Source: a virus (Duplodnaviria; Caudoviricetes). Taken from it: 52,063 nucleotides of DNA. Shown piece by piece: positions 1 through 8,531 of this stretch. The stretch is from positions 1 through 52,063 of the IMG/VR virus record IMGVR_UViG_3300046812_000338, one strand, 5' to 3'. The notes below the pieces were generated by a model. It saw only the letters and a program-made list of their open reading frames with translations, was not told the origin of the DNA and ran no database searches. Positions within the stretch are counted from its first letter, which is position 1. The number at the start of each line of letters is the position of its first letter. The position numbers were made by a program, and so were the translations under genes.

Positions 1-127
1 AGATGGCGAAGGCATTCGTCCTGCTGCTTTTCAACCTCGGCGGTGACGCCCGCACCGGCGCCCGGGCGCTCGGGGAAACCTTCGTCGACACCTACCTGGA
101 GAACCAGGGCGCGATCGCCGACTGGTA
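1..127. repeat. 127-bp terminal direct repeat, copy 1 (circular assembly overlap)
   Basis: Bases 1-127 (agatggcgaagg...gccgactggta) are identical to 51937-52063. Confidence 0.97.
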
Positions 128-1436
128 CTGCGAGATGACGCAGACGTTGATCGACCGCCTGGTCGCCCGCAACTACGGCCCCGACGTGCAGGCGCCGCTG
201 CTGACCTACACGCGCCTGGAGACTGCCGAGCTTGCCTTCAAAGACCTCGCGCTGGGGATCGAAAAAGGCGCGATCGCCGTCGACCCCGAACTGCGCGCCT
301 ACATCGGCGAGCGCTGGAAGGTGCCGGGCCAGCAGGCCGCGGCTGAGCTTGAAGAAGAGGAACCGCCCACGCCTCCCACGCCGCCGCCTCCCGCCAACGA
401 AGGCGACCCCGAAGAAGAAGGCCCGCCCGCGGCAAGCGGGGGCGCAGGCGCCCGCAGGAAGCCCCAGCCGAAGCGCACCGCGCTCGCTGAGTCGATCGCC
501 GCGGCGCTGACGGCCCCGATGACCTGGCCGGCGCTCGCTCGCGCGGCCGGCTCAGACCCGAAGAACCAGACGGCCCGGCGCGCCCGAGACGGGCTGATCG
601 CCGAGGGTGTCATCTTGCGCGGGCCGAAGAAGTCGGGGTCTGACACCCTGATCCCGGTGATCGCGCTGGAACTGCCGGCGCGCGACCTGAAGCGCCAGCC
701 GCTCGCCTTCGAGGTCACGGCCGAAGTCAACTTCGCCGCGATGGAGACGACCTACACGACCGGCCGCGAGACGCTGGTTGCCGCCTACCGCGAGGGCCAG
801 GCCCAGCAGGTCGAGCAGCTGGTCGCCGAGGTCGAGGCCGCCGAGGGCGACGCGGCCAAGCTGGCGTCGCTGACCTGCGACCCCGTCGACACCGACGTCC
901 TCGCCGGCCCCATGCAGGTCATCGCCGAAGAAGGGGTCGCCTCGGCCCGCGGCGAGCATGAAGCCCAGGTCGGGGTGCAGGCCCGGGCAGCCTTCCGCGG
1001 CGCCGAAGCCGACGCGACCGCCCTGGCGGCTCGGGTACGCGAACGCGCCGAAGCTGCCGCCCTGACGCTGTCGAGCGGCCTGTCGGCGTCGGCGAGCAAG
1101 AAAGCCGCCGCGGTGTCGACGCTGGAACCGACCGCCGCCGCCGCCGCGGTGCGCGAGCATCTGACCTCGCTGTCGGACGCGGCGCTCAATGAGCAGCTGG
1201 GCGGGGCGACGTCGCAGGCGTACAACTCCGGGCGCCTGGCCTACATGAAGGCGGCCGGGCCGAAAGAAATCTACGCATCCGAGATTCTTGACGAGAACGT
1301 CTGTTCGGCCTGCAACTCCATCGACGGCACCGAATGGACCACGCTGGGCGAAGCCGAAGTCGCCTATCCGGTCGGCGGCTACGTGGAATGCGAAGGCGGC
1401 CTGCGCTGCCGCGGCACCCTGGTCGCGGTGTACTGA
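3..1436 (+). CDS. Portal C-terminal part fused to a MuF-like head morphogenesis domain (joined protein about 815 aa)
   Basis: Continues the 50925 frame; ends with the MuF-type Cys motif DENVCSACNSIDG...ECEGGLRCRGTLV. Confidence 0.85.
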   Translation: MAKAFVLLLFNLGGDARTGARALGETFVDTYLENQGAIADWYCEMTQTLIDRLVARNYGPDVQAPLLTYTRLETAELAFKDLALGIEKGAIAVDPELRAYIGERWKVPGQQAAAELEEEEPPTPPTPPPPANEGDPEEEGPPAASGGAGARRKPQPKRTALAESIAAALTAPMTWPALARAAGSDPKNQTARRARDGLIAEGVILRGPKKSGSDTLIPVIALELPARDLKRQPLAFEVTAEVNFAAMETTYTTGRETLVAAYREGQAQQVEQLVAEVEAAEGDAAKLASLTCDPVDTDVLAGPMQVIAEEGVASARGEHEAQVGVQARAAFRGAEADATALAARVRERAEAAALTLSSGLSASASKKAAAVSTLEPTAAAAAVREHLTSLSDAALNEQLGGATSQAYNSGRLAYMKAAGPKEIYASEILDENVCSACNSIDGTEWTTLGEAEVAYPVGGYVECEGGLRCRGTLVAVY

Positions 1437-1633
1437 TGCGCTGGCGGGCGATCGCCTGCGCCCTCTTCTACGGCTTCGTGCCCTCCCGCTTCTACGAGCC
1501 GACGCCCCACTTCGAGCCGATGACGTACTTCGCTCACCTGCGCATGAATCTCGCCTACGCCTGGGTCTGGGCCACGCGCCGCGAGGACGCCGTCGACCGG
1601 GCCTTCGAGCGCGAGGTCAACGGACGTACTTGA
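1436..1633 (+). CDS. Hypothetical protein (65 aa, MRWRAIACALFY...)
   Basis: ATG overlaps the portal stop (TGATG coupling). Confidence 0.6.
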   Translation: MRWRAIACALFYGFVPSRFYEPTPHFEPMTYFAHLRMNLAYAWVWATRREDAVDRAFEREVNGRT

Positions 1634-1659
1634 CAAACCGCCAGCGGATCGGCTACGGT
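1630..1659 (+). promoter_or_regulatory. Sigma70-type promoter with partial operator palindrome
   Basis: TTGACA 1630-1635, 18-nt spacer, TACGGT 1654-1659; cttgacaaaccgccag resembles the CTTG-N8-CAAG motif. Confidence 0.65.
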
Positions 1660-1666
1660 CCCTGCT

Positions 1667-1912
1667 GTCGGGCGTCGAAACCCGACTGGGAGTGACAGAA
1701 CAGGGGTTGACGTGCAGCGTAGGCCCCGAATTGTGATTCCGGCGTTGAAAAGCCAAGCCCGCAGGCTGATCCAGTGAGCGGGCGCGGTGGCTTCTCCGAG
1801 TACACAGGAGGGGCAGCGTGGTCCGGTGGGACCTAACGGAAGGCTCCGAGGTAAGCCACGCTACGGCAAGGCTGCACCCTCGGTTGCGGGCAGCCAATCC
1901 CGCCTCCCGCTT
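1667..1912 (+). ncRNA. Candidate structured ncRNA with tRNA-like closing domain
   Basis: Intergenic, directly after a promoter. Nested stems: GGGAG 1688/CTCCC 1904, GTGCAGC 1712/GCTGCAC 1871, GCCCGC 1757/GCGGGC 1778, AGCGTGGT 1815/GCCACGCT 1855. T-arm-like GCGGG-CAGCCAAT-CCCGC at 1886-1903. Confidence 0.55.
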
Positions 1913-1926
1913 AACTTCGCTCGATC

Positions 1927-2160
1927 ATGGACGCCCACCAGCTACTCACATTCCCGGCCTCGAAGCTGACGCGCAAGCAGCGGCTCGAACGCGCCGCGCT
2001 GAAGCGCGTGATCGCCGAGCAGGCGCGCCAGTCCCTCCCGCCCGGCTACGCCGTCGGCGAGGTCCGCGTGATCGACCGCAGCGTCGAGCCGAACCCGGTG
2101 CCGCGCCCCGGCCACATCATCGTGAACTACGCGGACACCGACCTCGGCCGCTTCGGCTGA
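1927..2160 (+). CDS. Hypothetical protein
   Basis: 77-aa ORF, stop coupled to next start. Confidence 0.6.
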   Translation: MDAHQLLTFPASKLTRKQRLERAALKRVIAEQARQSLPPGYAVGEVRVIDRSVEPNPVPRPGHIIVNYADTDLGRFG

Positions 2161-2366
2161 TGATGGTCCGCTACTGCGAGCGCCACCGCCACGCCTGGCC
2201 GGTCGCCTCGCCCTGGAAGCCCGGCGAGCCGTGCCCGTTCTGGGCGAAGGTGACGAGCGCGGCGAAGGGCACCGACTGCGAGGTCAAGTCCGTCGACGCG
2301 ATCGCCAAGATCAACGACCTCGGCTTCGAGCTAGAGGGCCGCGACGAGGAAGAACGGGAATCCTGA
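2160..2366 (+). CDS. Hypothetical Cys/His-containing protein
   Basis: TGATG coupling; MMVRYCERHRHAW...CPFW. Confidence 0.55.
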   Translation: MMVRYCERHRHAWPVASPWKPGEPCPFWAKVTSAAKGTDCEVKSVDAIAKINDLGFELEGRDEEERES

Positions 2367-2584
2367 TGGACCGCCCCTGGGCCGTCATCTGCGGGGACCT
2401 CGACCGGGCAACTGGTCGGCGCTTCCCGCCCATCGTCGGGGGTGGGCGAGGGGTCGTCATGCCCTCGCAGTCAACGCAGTCGACGGCGCTCGCCACCCTC
2501 GAAGAGATGCTGCGCGATCCGGTCATCATGGAGGGCCTGCCGCGCGCCTTCGCCCAGTTCGGCGAGCAGGTCGGGATTCTCTGA
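2366..2584 (+). CDS. Hypothetical protein
   Basis: TGATG coupling; MDRPWAVICGD... Confidence 0.55.
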   Translation: MDRPWAVICGDLDRATGRRFPPIVGGGRGVVMPSQSTQSTALATLEEMLRDPVIMEGLPRAFAQFGEQVGIL

Positions 2585-2637
2585 CCGACGCCGCAAAGAT
2601 CGAGGGCCTGCGCCAGCTGCTCGCCCGCGATGGCGCC

Positions 2638-2865
2638 GTGACGTTCAAGGGCACCGGCGCCACGGTGCGCCGCGACCCCGGCTGGCACTCCGACCTGCTC
2701 GTCGACCGCTCCGACGGCTCGACCAGGCGCGTCAACGAATTCGCCCACGACCAGCTGGCCCAGGCGTATGCGATCGCCATCGCCGAGCCGGTCCCGCCGG
2801 CGCCCCCGCCGCAGGTCTTCAAGCCGACGCGCTCGCGCACCGACTTCGGCGAGTGCCCGTTTTGA
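2638..2865 (+). CDS. Hypothetical protein (start uncertain; frame is open from at least CTG 2581)
   Basis: ORF fills the gap before the protease gene. Confidence 0.5.
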   Translation: MTFKGTGATVRRDPGWHSDLLVDRSDGSTRRVNEFAHDQLAQAYAIAIAEPVPPAPPPQVFKPTRSRTDFGECPF

Positions 2866-2975
2866 AATGTATGCACGAACCTGAATAAGATTGCGGCGGG
2901 CCGGGAGGTCGCGGATCGCTTGCCGCCGCCGTCGCCTCCAGATGGGGCGCCCGGCCCAACCCTAGACTTGCCGGC

Positions 2976-4613
2976 ATGGACTTCGTCACCATCCTCGACG
3001 TCGAGCTATGCAGCGCCGGCATGGAGTGGCCGAGCGCCGGCGGCCCCGTCACCCTCACGCTGGAGCATATTGCCGACTGCGTCCTCGCCGGCCAGGACTC
3101 GCTGATTACGCCCCCGCGGCTGAAGATCGGCCACTCCGACCCTCGCTTCGCCGACCCCGACGACCCGGGCCACGACCCCTTCTACGATGGCGAACCTGCG
3201 TTCGGGTCGATCGCGAACCTGCGCCTGACCAACGACGGCGCCACGGCGACCGGCGACTACGTCTACGTGCCGCGCTGGCTGGCCGAGGTCGCCCCGTCGG
3301 CCTACCCCTCGCGCTCGATCGAGGGCGCCTACACGATCGGCGAGGGGCCGGGCGGCAAACTCGAAGCCCGCTGGGACGTCGAGACGCCGGCGGGCCGCCA
3401 CTACAGCTTCGTGCTGACGGCCTGCGCGATGCTCGGCATGCAGGCCCCGGCGGTGAAGGACCTGGAGGACCTACAGTTCCGACTTACGGAAGGTAAGGGC
3501 GTGATCGTCACCGGCGACCCCGACTCCGGGGGGGTCCCGGTCGCTGTCAGCATGGGGGCCGTGGAGACGATGACACTGACGCAGGCCCCCGCGGCGATCG
3601 TCAGCCTCGCCGGTGGCGCAGGCCCCGTCACCCTGGAGGCCGACGTCGACAAAGTCATCGACGTCTTCTACTCAGAGTTCTGCGTCGACGAGCGCTATTG
3701 GTGGTGGGCGCGCGCGGTGCGCGTCGATCCCAACGTCATCATCGCCGACGACGACGAAGGCTCGCTCTGGACGGTTCCGATCCAGACCGACGCCGACCAG
3801 AACATCACCTTCGGGGAGCCAACCCGCGTCCTCCAGACCTTCACGCCAGCACCCGAGGCCGCCGCGGCGCTGTCAGCTGCGGCGACGACGAACCCCGACA
3901 CAGGCCACACGGTGAAAGCGTTTTCGGCCCGTGAGCAGACGGTTCCGGCCGATCGCAAAGAGCGGCCAGAGGGGGGGGGTAGCGGAGGCGGTAACAATTC
4001 CGGCATGGACTTGAAAGACCTCACCGACGCGCAGCGCACCCGCCTTCTGTCGGCCCTCAGTCTCGCCGAGGACGCGACCGACGAGCAGGTCGAGGAGGCG
4101 CTGAACGCCGACGCTCCCGATGACGGGAACGGCGGCGAGGGCGGCGGCGACGGCGGCGCACCCGAGGGTGGCGACGGCGGCGAGGGCGAGGGTTCCGAGG
4201 GCGAGGGCGGCGAGTCCGGCTCCGAGGGCGGCGAGGGCGAGGGCGGCGGCGAGGGTGCCGAGGCCAGCGAGTCCCCGACCACCACCGTCGACACGACCGT
4301 CCTGACCCAGCTGCAAGACGACGCGGCAGCCGGGCGCGCAGCCCGCGATCAGCAGATCGCCGCGCATCGCGACTCGATCCTGAAAGCCGCGCTCGCCACG
4401 GGCAAGATCACGCCGTCCTCTCGCGAGGCATGGGCGACCAAGCTGGCGGCAGTGCCCGAGGCCACCGAGGCCGAATTGGAGGCGCTGCCCGAAAACCTTG
4501 TCCCGGTCGAAGAGTTGGGCCACGGCGGCTCCAGCCCGACCGACCCGGTCGCCGTCTCGGCCGAGCAGATGGGGGCCATGTTCCCCGGTCATCCCCAGAG
4601 AGAGGCTGCCTAA
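2976..4613 (+). CDS. Mu gpI-like capsid maturation protease/scaffold
   Basis: LKIGH, AYPSRSIE and LTACAMLGMQAPAVKDL protease-like motifs; acidic/helical C-terminal scaffold (ALATGKITP); lies upstream of the capsid genes. Confidence 0.82.
   Translation: MDFVTILDVELCSAGMEWPSAGGPVTLTLEHIADCVLAGQDSLITPPRLKIGHSDPRFADPDDPGHDPFYDGEPAFGSIANLRLTNDGATATGDYVYVPRWLAEVAPSAYPSRSIEGAYTIGEGPGGKLEARWDVETPAGRHYSFVLTACAMLGMQAPAVKDLEDLQFRLTEGKGVIVTGDPDSGGVPVAVSMGAVETMTLTQAPAAIVSLAGGAGPVTLEADVDKVIDVFYSEFCVDERYWWWARAVRVDPNVIIADDDEGSLWTVPIQTDADQNITFGEPTRVLQTFTPAPEAAAALSAAATTNPDTGHTVKAFSAREQTVPADRKERPEGGGSGGGNNSGMDLKDLTDAQRTRLLSALSLAEDATDEQVEEALNADAPDDGNGGEGGGDGGAPEGGDGGEGEGSEGEGGESGSEGGEGEGGGEGAEASESPTTTVDTTVLTQLQDDAAAGRAARDQQIAAHRDSILKAALATGKITPSSREAWATKLAAVPEATEAELEALPENLVPVEELGHGGSSPTDPVAVSAEQMGAMFPGHPQREAA
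4005..4613 (+). CDS. Putative nested in-frame scaffolding protein (Mu gpZ-like)
   Basis: In-frame ATG 4005 (MDLKDLTDAQ...) preceded by a G-run at 3971-3979 and AACAAT 6 nt upstream, as in the other leaderless structural promoters. Confidence 0.55.
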   Translation: MDLKDLTDAQRTRLLSALSLAEDATDEQVEEALNADAPDDGNGGEGGGDGGAPEGGDGGEGEGSEGEGGESGSEGGEGEGGGEGAEASESPTTTVDTTVLTQLQDDAAAGRAARDQQIAAHRDSILKAALATGKITPSSREAWATKLAAVPEATEAELEALPENLVPVEELGHGGSSPTDPVAVSAEQMGAMFPGHPQREAA

Positions 4614-5390
4614 ATGTCGCTGGAGAGAGTAGCCCGCTACAAGCCGGGCGAGAACATTACGGTCGCCGCCACGGTGGCCGGCGGGATCATCGTCGCGGGC
4701 CGCTTCATCGCGGTCACGGGGATCAACAAACGGCGCGGCTACGACGGCGCCCACTGCTCCGCCGGCGACGAGCGCCCCTTCGGCGTCTCCCAGCGCTCCA
4801 CGATGGACCCCGCCACCGAGGACGTCAACTCGACCGAACTGCTGACCGAGTGCGTCCGCTCCAACGCGGTCGCCCGCGTCGAGGCCGGCGAGGAAATCGA
4901 CGCGACCCCCCCGGTCGACGTCGCGGTCGGTGCCGGCGGCAAAGCCATCGTCGCCGACGTCGCAGTCGCAGCCTTCCTGAAAACCGGCGTCGTCGGCAAC
5001 AACAACGCGATCACCTGGACGGCCCGCGAGGCCGGGGTCGATGGCGACAACCTGACGATCACCCTTCAGAACACCGGCAAAGAAAAAGCCCTTTCGGTCG
5101 ACGTCAACGGCAACGACATCGTCGTCACCCTGGCGACCAACGGGGTCGGCGCCGGCGAAGTCACTTCCACCGCGGCGCAGGTCGAGGCCGCAGTCCTGGC
5201 GCACGACACCGCCTCCCAGCTGGTCACGACCGCCAACACGGCCGGATCGTCCGGCGCGGGCGTCGTCGTCGCAGTCGCGAAAACGAACCTCGCGGGCGGC
5301 GAAGAAGGAACCGCAGGCGCGGTCGCGGTCGGCAAAGCCCTCACGTCGGCGGCAGCGGCCGGCGACATCATCGAGGTCGACCTCTACTAG
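4614..5390 (+). CDS. Head decoration/cement protein (DUF2190-like) with an inserted domain
   Basis: Between scaffold and capsid; VEAGEEI...VGAGGKA and AVGKALTSAAAAGDIIEVDL DUF2190-like motifs. Confidence 0.7.
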   Translation: MSLERVARYKPGENITVAATVAGGIIVAGRFIAVTGINKRRGYDGAHCSAGDERPFGVSQRSTMDPATEDVNSTELLTECVRSNAVARVEAGEEIDATPPVDVAVGAGGKAIVADVAVAAFLKTGVVGNNNAITWTAREAGVDGDNLTITLQNTGKEKALSVDVNGNDIVVTLATNGVGAGEVTSTAAQVEAAVLAHDTASQLVTTANTAGSSGAGVVVAVAKTNLAGGEEGTAGAVAVGKALTSAAAAGDIIEVDLY

Positions 5391-5403
5391 GCCACTGAAT
5401 CTC

Positions 5404-6438
5404 ATGAAGACCAACCACACAGACCTCCAGGCCCTTCTCGACAACGTCGCCCCCGGTGCGCGCCTGACCGCAGACGGCCGCATCCCGGCGATGTCCGGCG
5501 GCGCAGGCCCCCAGAACCCGGTCGCCCAGCCTCTCGGCGGGGCCACGGTTCAGGGCACAACCGTCACCGTCGACACCTACGTCAACCCGCCGACGAAAAT
5601 CCCGGCGATCATCCGGGAGCTTGTCGGGGCCGACGCCGGGTACTTCATCGAGCGCGTCTTCGGCACGATCGGCAGCCCCATCCAGGGCGGCGCCGTGATC
5701 GTCGAAGAGACGTTCCCCGAGGACTTCTTCCTTCCGGCCGACAGCGTCCCCGCGCCTCGCGCGCCGGGCGCCGAGGCACCGCGTCTCGCCAGCACCCGCC
5801 ACGAACCGAAAGTGAAACGCCCCGAGTCGTGGGCCGGGTCGATCGAGGTCACCGACGAGGCCAAACAGCGCAACAACGTCCTCGCCGTGCGGCGCCAGTT
5901 CACGCAGGCGGCCAACAGCTTCTCCCAGATCATCCAGCAGCGCGGCATCGAAGTGCTGATCGAGGCGATCGAAGCATGGGAACGGACCCTGGAAGCGAAA
6001 ACCGTCTGGCAGGCAACGCCGGGCGCGGGCCTCTTCAACGTCGACCCGAAAACGCTGCCGGCCTTCGACATCGCCCGGGTCCTCAAACAGTTCCGTGACG
6101 ACAAAGTCGGCATCCGTCCCGACACGGCGATCATGAACACCGAAGAACTTCTCTTCCTGGAGACGATCTACACCGGGGTCGGCGCGGTGCCGACGCTGGA
6201 GTCGGCCTTCTCTCGCCAGGGGATCACCGACATCATCGGCTCCCCGCTCGTCGACGAGGGCGACGTGATCTTCGCGAAGGCCGGCGCCCCGGGCGCGATC
6301 GGCTGGGAGCTTCCGATGTCCCAGGAGATGGTCCGCGAGGGCGTCCGCAAAACCGACGTCTACGTCCTGGAGTGCCGCCCCGTCTTCGCGGCCTTCGACG
6401 CCTCGGCCGTCCTGATGCTCCAGGGCACGGACAAATAG
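5404..6438 (+). CDS. Major capsid protein
   Basis: 344 aa; position; VTVDTYVNPPTKIP, RAPGAE, IEVTDEAKQRN motifs typical of actinophage capsids; followed by a terminator. Confidence 0.85.
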   Translation: MKTNHTDLQALLDNVAPGARLTADGRIPAMSGGAGPQNPVAQPLGGATVQGTTVTVDTYVNPPTKIPAIIRELVGADAGYFIERVFGTIGSPIQGGAVIVEETFPEDFFLPADSVPAPRAPGAEAPRLASTRHEPKVKRPESWAGSIEVTDEAKQRNNVLAVRRQFTQAANSFSQIIQQRGIEVLIEAIEAWERTLEAKTVWQATPGAGLFNVDPKTLPAFDIARVLKQFRDDKVGIRPDTAIMNTEELLFLETIYTGVGAVPTLESAFSRQGITDIIGSPLVDEGDVIFAKAGAPGAIGWELPMSQEMVREGVRKTDVYVLECRPVFAAFDASAVLMLQGTDK

Positions 6439-6461
6439 AACTGCCTGCTGGTCCTGCGCTC

Positions 6462-6492
6462 GCGGCCCGCCTTGTGCGGGCCGTTTGCGTTC
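6462..6492 (+). terminator. Intrinsic terminator after the capsid gene
   Basis: GCGGCCCGC-cttgt-GCGGGCCGT followed by TTGCGTT. Confidence 0.65.
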
Positions 6493-6668
6493 TGTAGGCT
6501 CGCCGTAGCGCGCTGGCGGCCCCCGACCGAGGGGGGACCCTGAGTCTCCCGCCCGCCGTTAGGTCCCGAGCGTCGACCGGCCAGCCTTAAACGCGGTGTG
6601 GGGCGGTGCAGAGGGTAGGGGCCTAGACTTCGCCCACAGGGGCGAGGGGCGCGCCGTAGACTGGCCCT

Positions 6669-7142
6669 ATGCCCGCACCCTCCTGGACCCCCGATGTCGC
6701 CAGCGTCGCCGCGCTGATCCGGGCCAGGACGAAGATCGCAGGCGGCATCGAGGTCGGGACCTTCGACGACAGAACGCGCCCGACCGGCGACGAGGCCGAA
6801 GCCATCATCGCCCAGGCTGTCGACCACGTCATGGCGGCGATCGGCGGCGAACCCTGCAACGACTCGCTGGGGGAATCCGCCGGGGCGGCAGCCGGCATGC
6901 TCGCCGCCGTCATCATCGAGACGTCCTACTGGCCCGAGCAGGCCGAAGCCCGCGGCTCGGCGGCGTCTCGGCTGGAATCCCTCTTCAACGCCCGCATGAA
7001 GTCGCTGACGGCCGCGGTGGCCGAGCAGTGCGGTGGGCAAGGGGAAGGCACCGAGGGCGCCTCAAACGCCGGCGCGCTGGCCCAGGGCGGCTTCGATGAC
7101 GGCTACGCCCTGCTCGGCCGCGACTGGCCCGAAGCCTGGTAG
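6669..7142 (+). CDS. Head-tail adaptor
   Basis: Position after capsid; VAALIRART...TRPT...IETSYWPEQ motifs; TAGACT 6 nt upstream (leaderless). Confidence 0.7.
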   Translation: MPAPSWTPDVASVAALIRARTKIAGGIEVGTFDDRTRPTGDEAEAIIAQAVDHVMAAIGGEPCNDSLGESAGAAAGMLAAVIIETSYWPEQAEARGSAASRLESLFNARMKSLTAAVAEQCGGQGEGTEGASNAGALAQGGFDDGYALLGRDWPEAW

Positions 7143-7144
7143 CC

Positions 7145-7666
7145 GTGCCGACCGCGATCGAGTATGACGTCGAGGGCCTGGAGCCGATCGAGCATCATCT
7201 GCTCGGCATCGGGGAGCGGGCGATCGAGACGCGCCCAATGCTGGAGATGTTCGCCGCCGACCTGGAGGCCCAGATGTCGGCCCGCTTTGAGGCCGAAGGC
7301 GAAGGCGACTGGGCGCCGCTGGCCGACTCGACGGTCGCTCGCAAGGGGTCCTCGGTGATCGGCCGCGAAACCGACGCGATGATGAACTCGCTGACCGACT
7401 CCGGGGCCGAGGGGTCCCTGCGCGAGATATTCGGCGACGAACTGGTCTTCGGCACCAACCTCGTCAACGACGACGGCTTCCCCTACCCGGTCGTCTTCAA
7501 CGACGGGTCGAAAACCGGCCAGCCTGCGCGGCCCCTCTTCAACCTCGCCCACCTGGACCTGCGCCGCTTCTCGAAGCTGGTCCAGACCTACCTGATCGCC
7601 GGCGACCGTTCGGAGTTCGGCGTCGGGTCCTTCGGCATGGGCCTCACGGTGCCCTTCGGGGCATGA
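7145..7666 (+). CDS. Virion morphogenesis/tail completion protein (Mu gpG-like)
   Basis: RFEAEG..WAPLADSTVARK and FGTN...PARP motifs. Confidence 0.75.
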   Translation: MPTAIEYDVEGLEPIEHHLLGIGERAIETRPMLEMFAADLEAQMSARFEAEGEGDWAPLADSTVARKGSSVIGRETDAMMNSLTDSGAEGSLREIFGDELVFGTNLVNDDGFPYPVVFNDGSKTGQPARPLFNLAHLDLRRFSKLVQTYLIAGDRSEFGVGSFGMGLTVPFGA

Positions 7667-7824
7667 GCGAGAAGGGCACCGTCCGCGGCTGGGTGCGCCG
7701 ACCCGCCGACTACGGCGTCATGATCGCGGTCATGCGGCGCTGGTACTACGTCCACGGCCCCGAGCCGATCGGCCCCGACGTCGAGTATGCCCCCGCGCCG
7801 GGGCCGAAACCGGGGCCGAAGTGA
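7663..7824 (+). CDS. Small hypothetical protein (53 aa, MSEKGTVRGWVRR...)
   Basis: ATGA overlap upstream and GTGA overlap downstream; below the ORF-track cutoff. Confidence 0.55.
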   Translation: MSEKGTVRGWVRRPADYGVMIAVMRRWYYVHGPEPIGPDVEYAPAPGPKPGPK

Positions 7825-8501
7825 GCCTCTGGGGGCCGGTCACCGATGGCGCTGACGTCGAGGCGGCACTCGTCGCGCACCTGCGCCACTGGATGCCCGC
7901 TGCGGCCCAGTACGTGCGCCGCGCGAAGGACCCCGACAACACGCTCTGGCCCGCCGGCATCGCCGACATCCGCGAATACGGCGTCTCCCACGCCGACGCC
8001 GCGGCGCAGAAGTGGCCCGAGGACCAGCTGCCGATGCTGATCGCCCAGTCGCCGGGCATGGAAGGCGATCCGTTCACCGAAGAGGAGGGCAACGTCTCGG
8101 CGGTCTACGGGGTCGTGCTGTCGGCGATCGCGTCCTCGGTGACGATCGCCGACGCGAAGGCGCTTGCGCGCCTGTACGCCTCGGCGGCGCGCCTGGCGAT
8201 CATCCAGCACCCGAGCCTCGACGCCGGCACCGGGGTCGCTTTCGCCTCCCACGTCGCCCAGGGCGCCGAGCGAAACGGGCAGGTCCGCCGCGGCATCGAA
8301 GGCGAGCGAAACCTGATGGTCTGCTCGGTGCCCTACCTGATCGAAGTGCCGACGATCATGGTCGCCGAGGGCGGCCCGCGCGAGGTCCCCGACGACATCG
8401 AAGTCGAACCGCCCGAAGACCCGATCGTGAAGGAAGGCGGCGCCTCTGCGACCGTCGACGCGCTGACCGAGTCCGGCTTCTTCGACGCCAAACCTGAATA
8501 G
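7821..8501 (+). CDS. Putative tail terminator/neck protein
   Basis: Position immediately before the sheath gene; 226 aa. Confidence 0.55.
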   Translation: MSLWGPVTDGADVEAALVAHLRHWMPAAAQYVRRAKDPDNTLWPAGIADIREYGVSHADAAAQKWPEDQLPMLIAQSPGMEGDPFTEEEGNVSAVYGVVLSAIASSVTIADAKALARLYASAARLAIIQHPSLDAGTGVAFASHVAQGAERNGQVRRGIEGERNLMVCSVPYLIEVPTIMVAEGGPREVPDDIEVEPPEDPIVKEGGASATVDALTESGFFDAKPE

Positions 8502-8531
8502 CCGCTGGGGGGGGTCCGGCCCTATGCTGGA

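Noticed and set aside
1-127. 127-bp terminal repeat as a biological DTR or att site
   Set aside because: It falls mid-portal gene and its length matches a common assembler k-mer, so it is best read as a circularisation artefact
1667-1912. Calling the ncRNA a tmRNA or group I intron
   Set aside because: No TTCRA T-loop, CCA, tag ORF or recognisable intron core was seen; kept as unassigned
4130-4265. GGCGAGGGC-type repeats as a CRISPR or DGR array
   Set aside because: They are in-frame low-complexity (GGEG)n coding repeats with no spacers; no RT or cas operon is present
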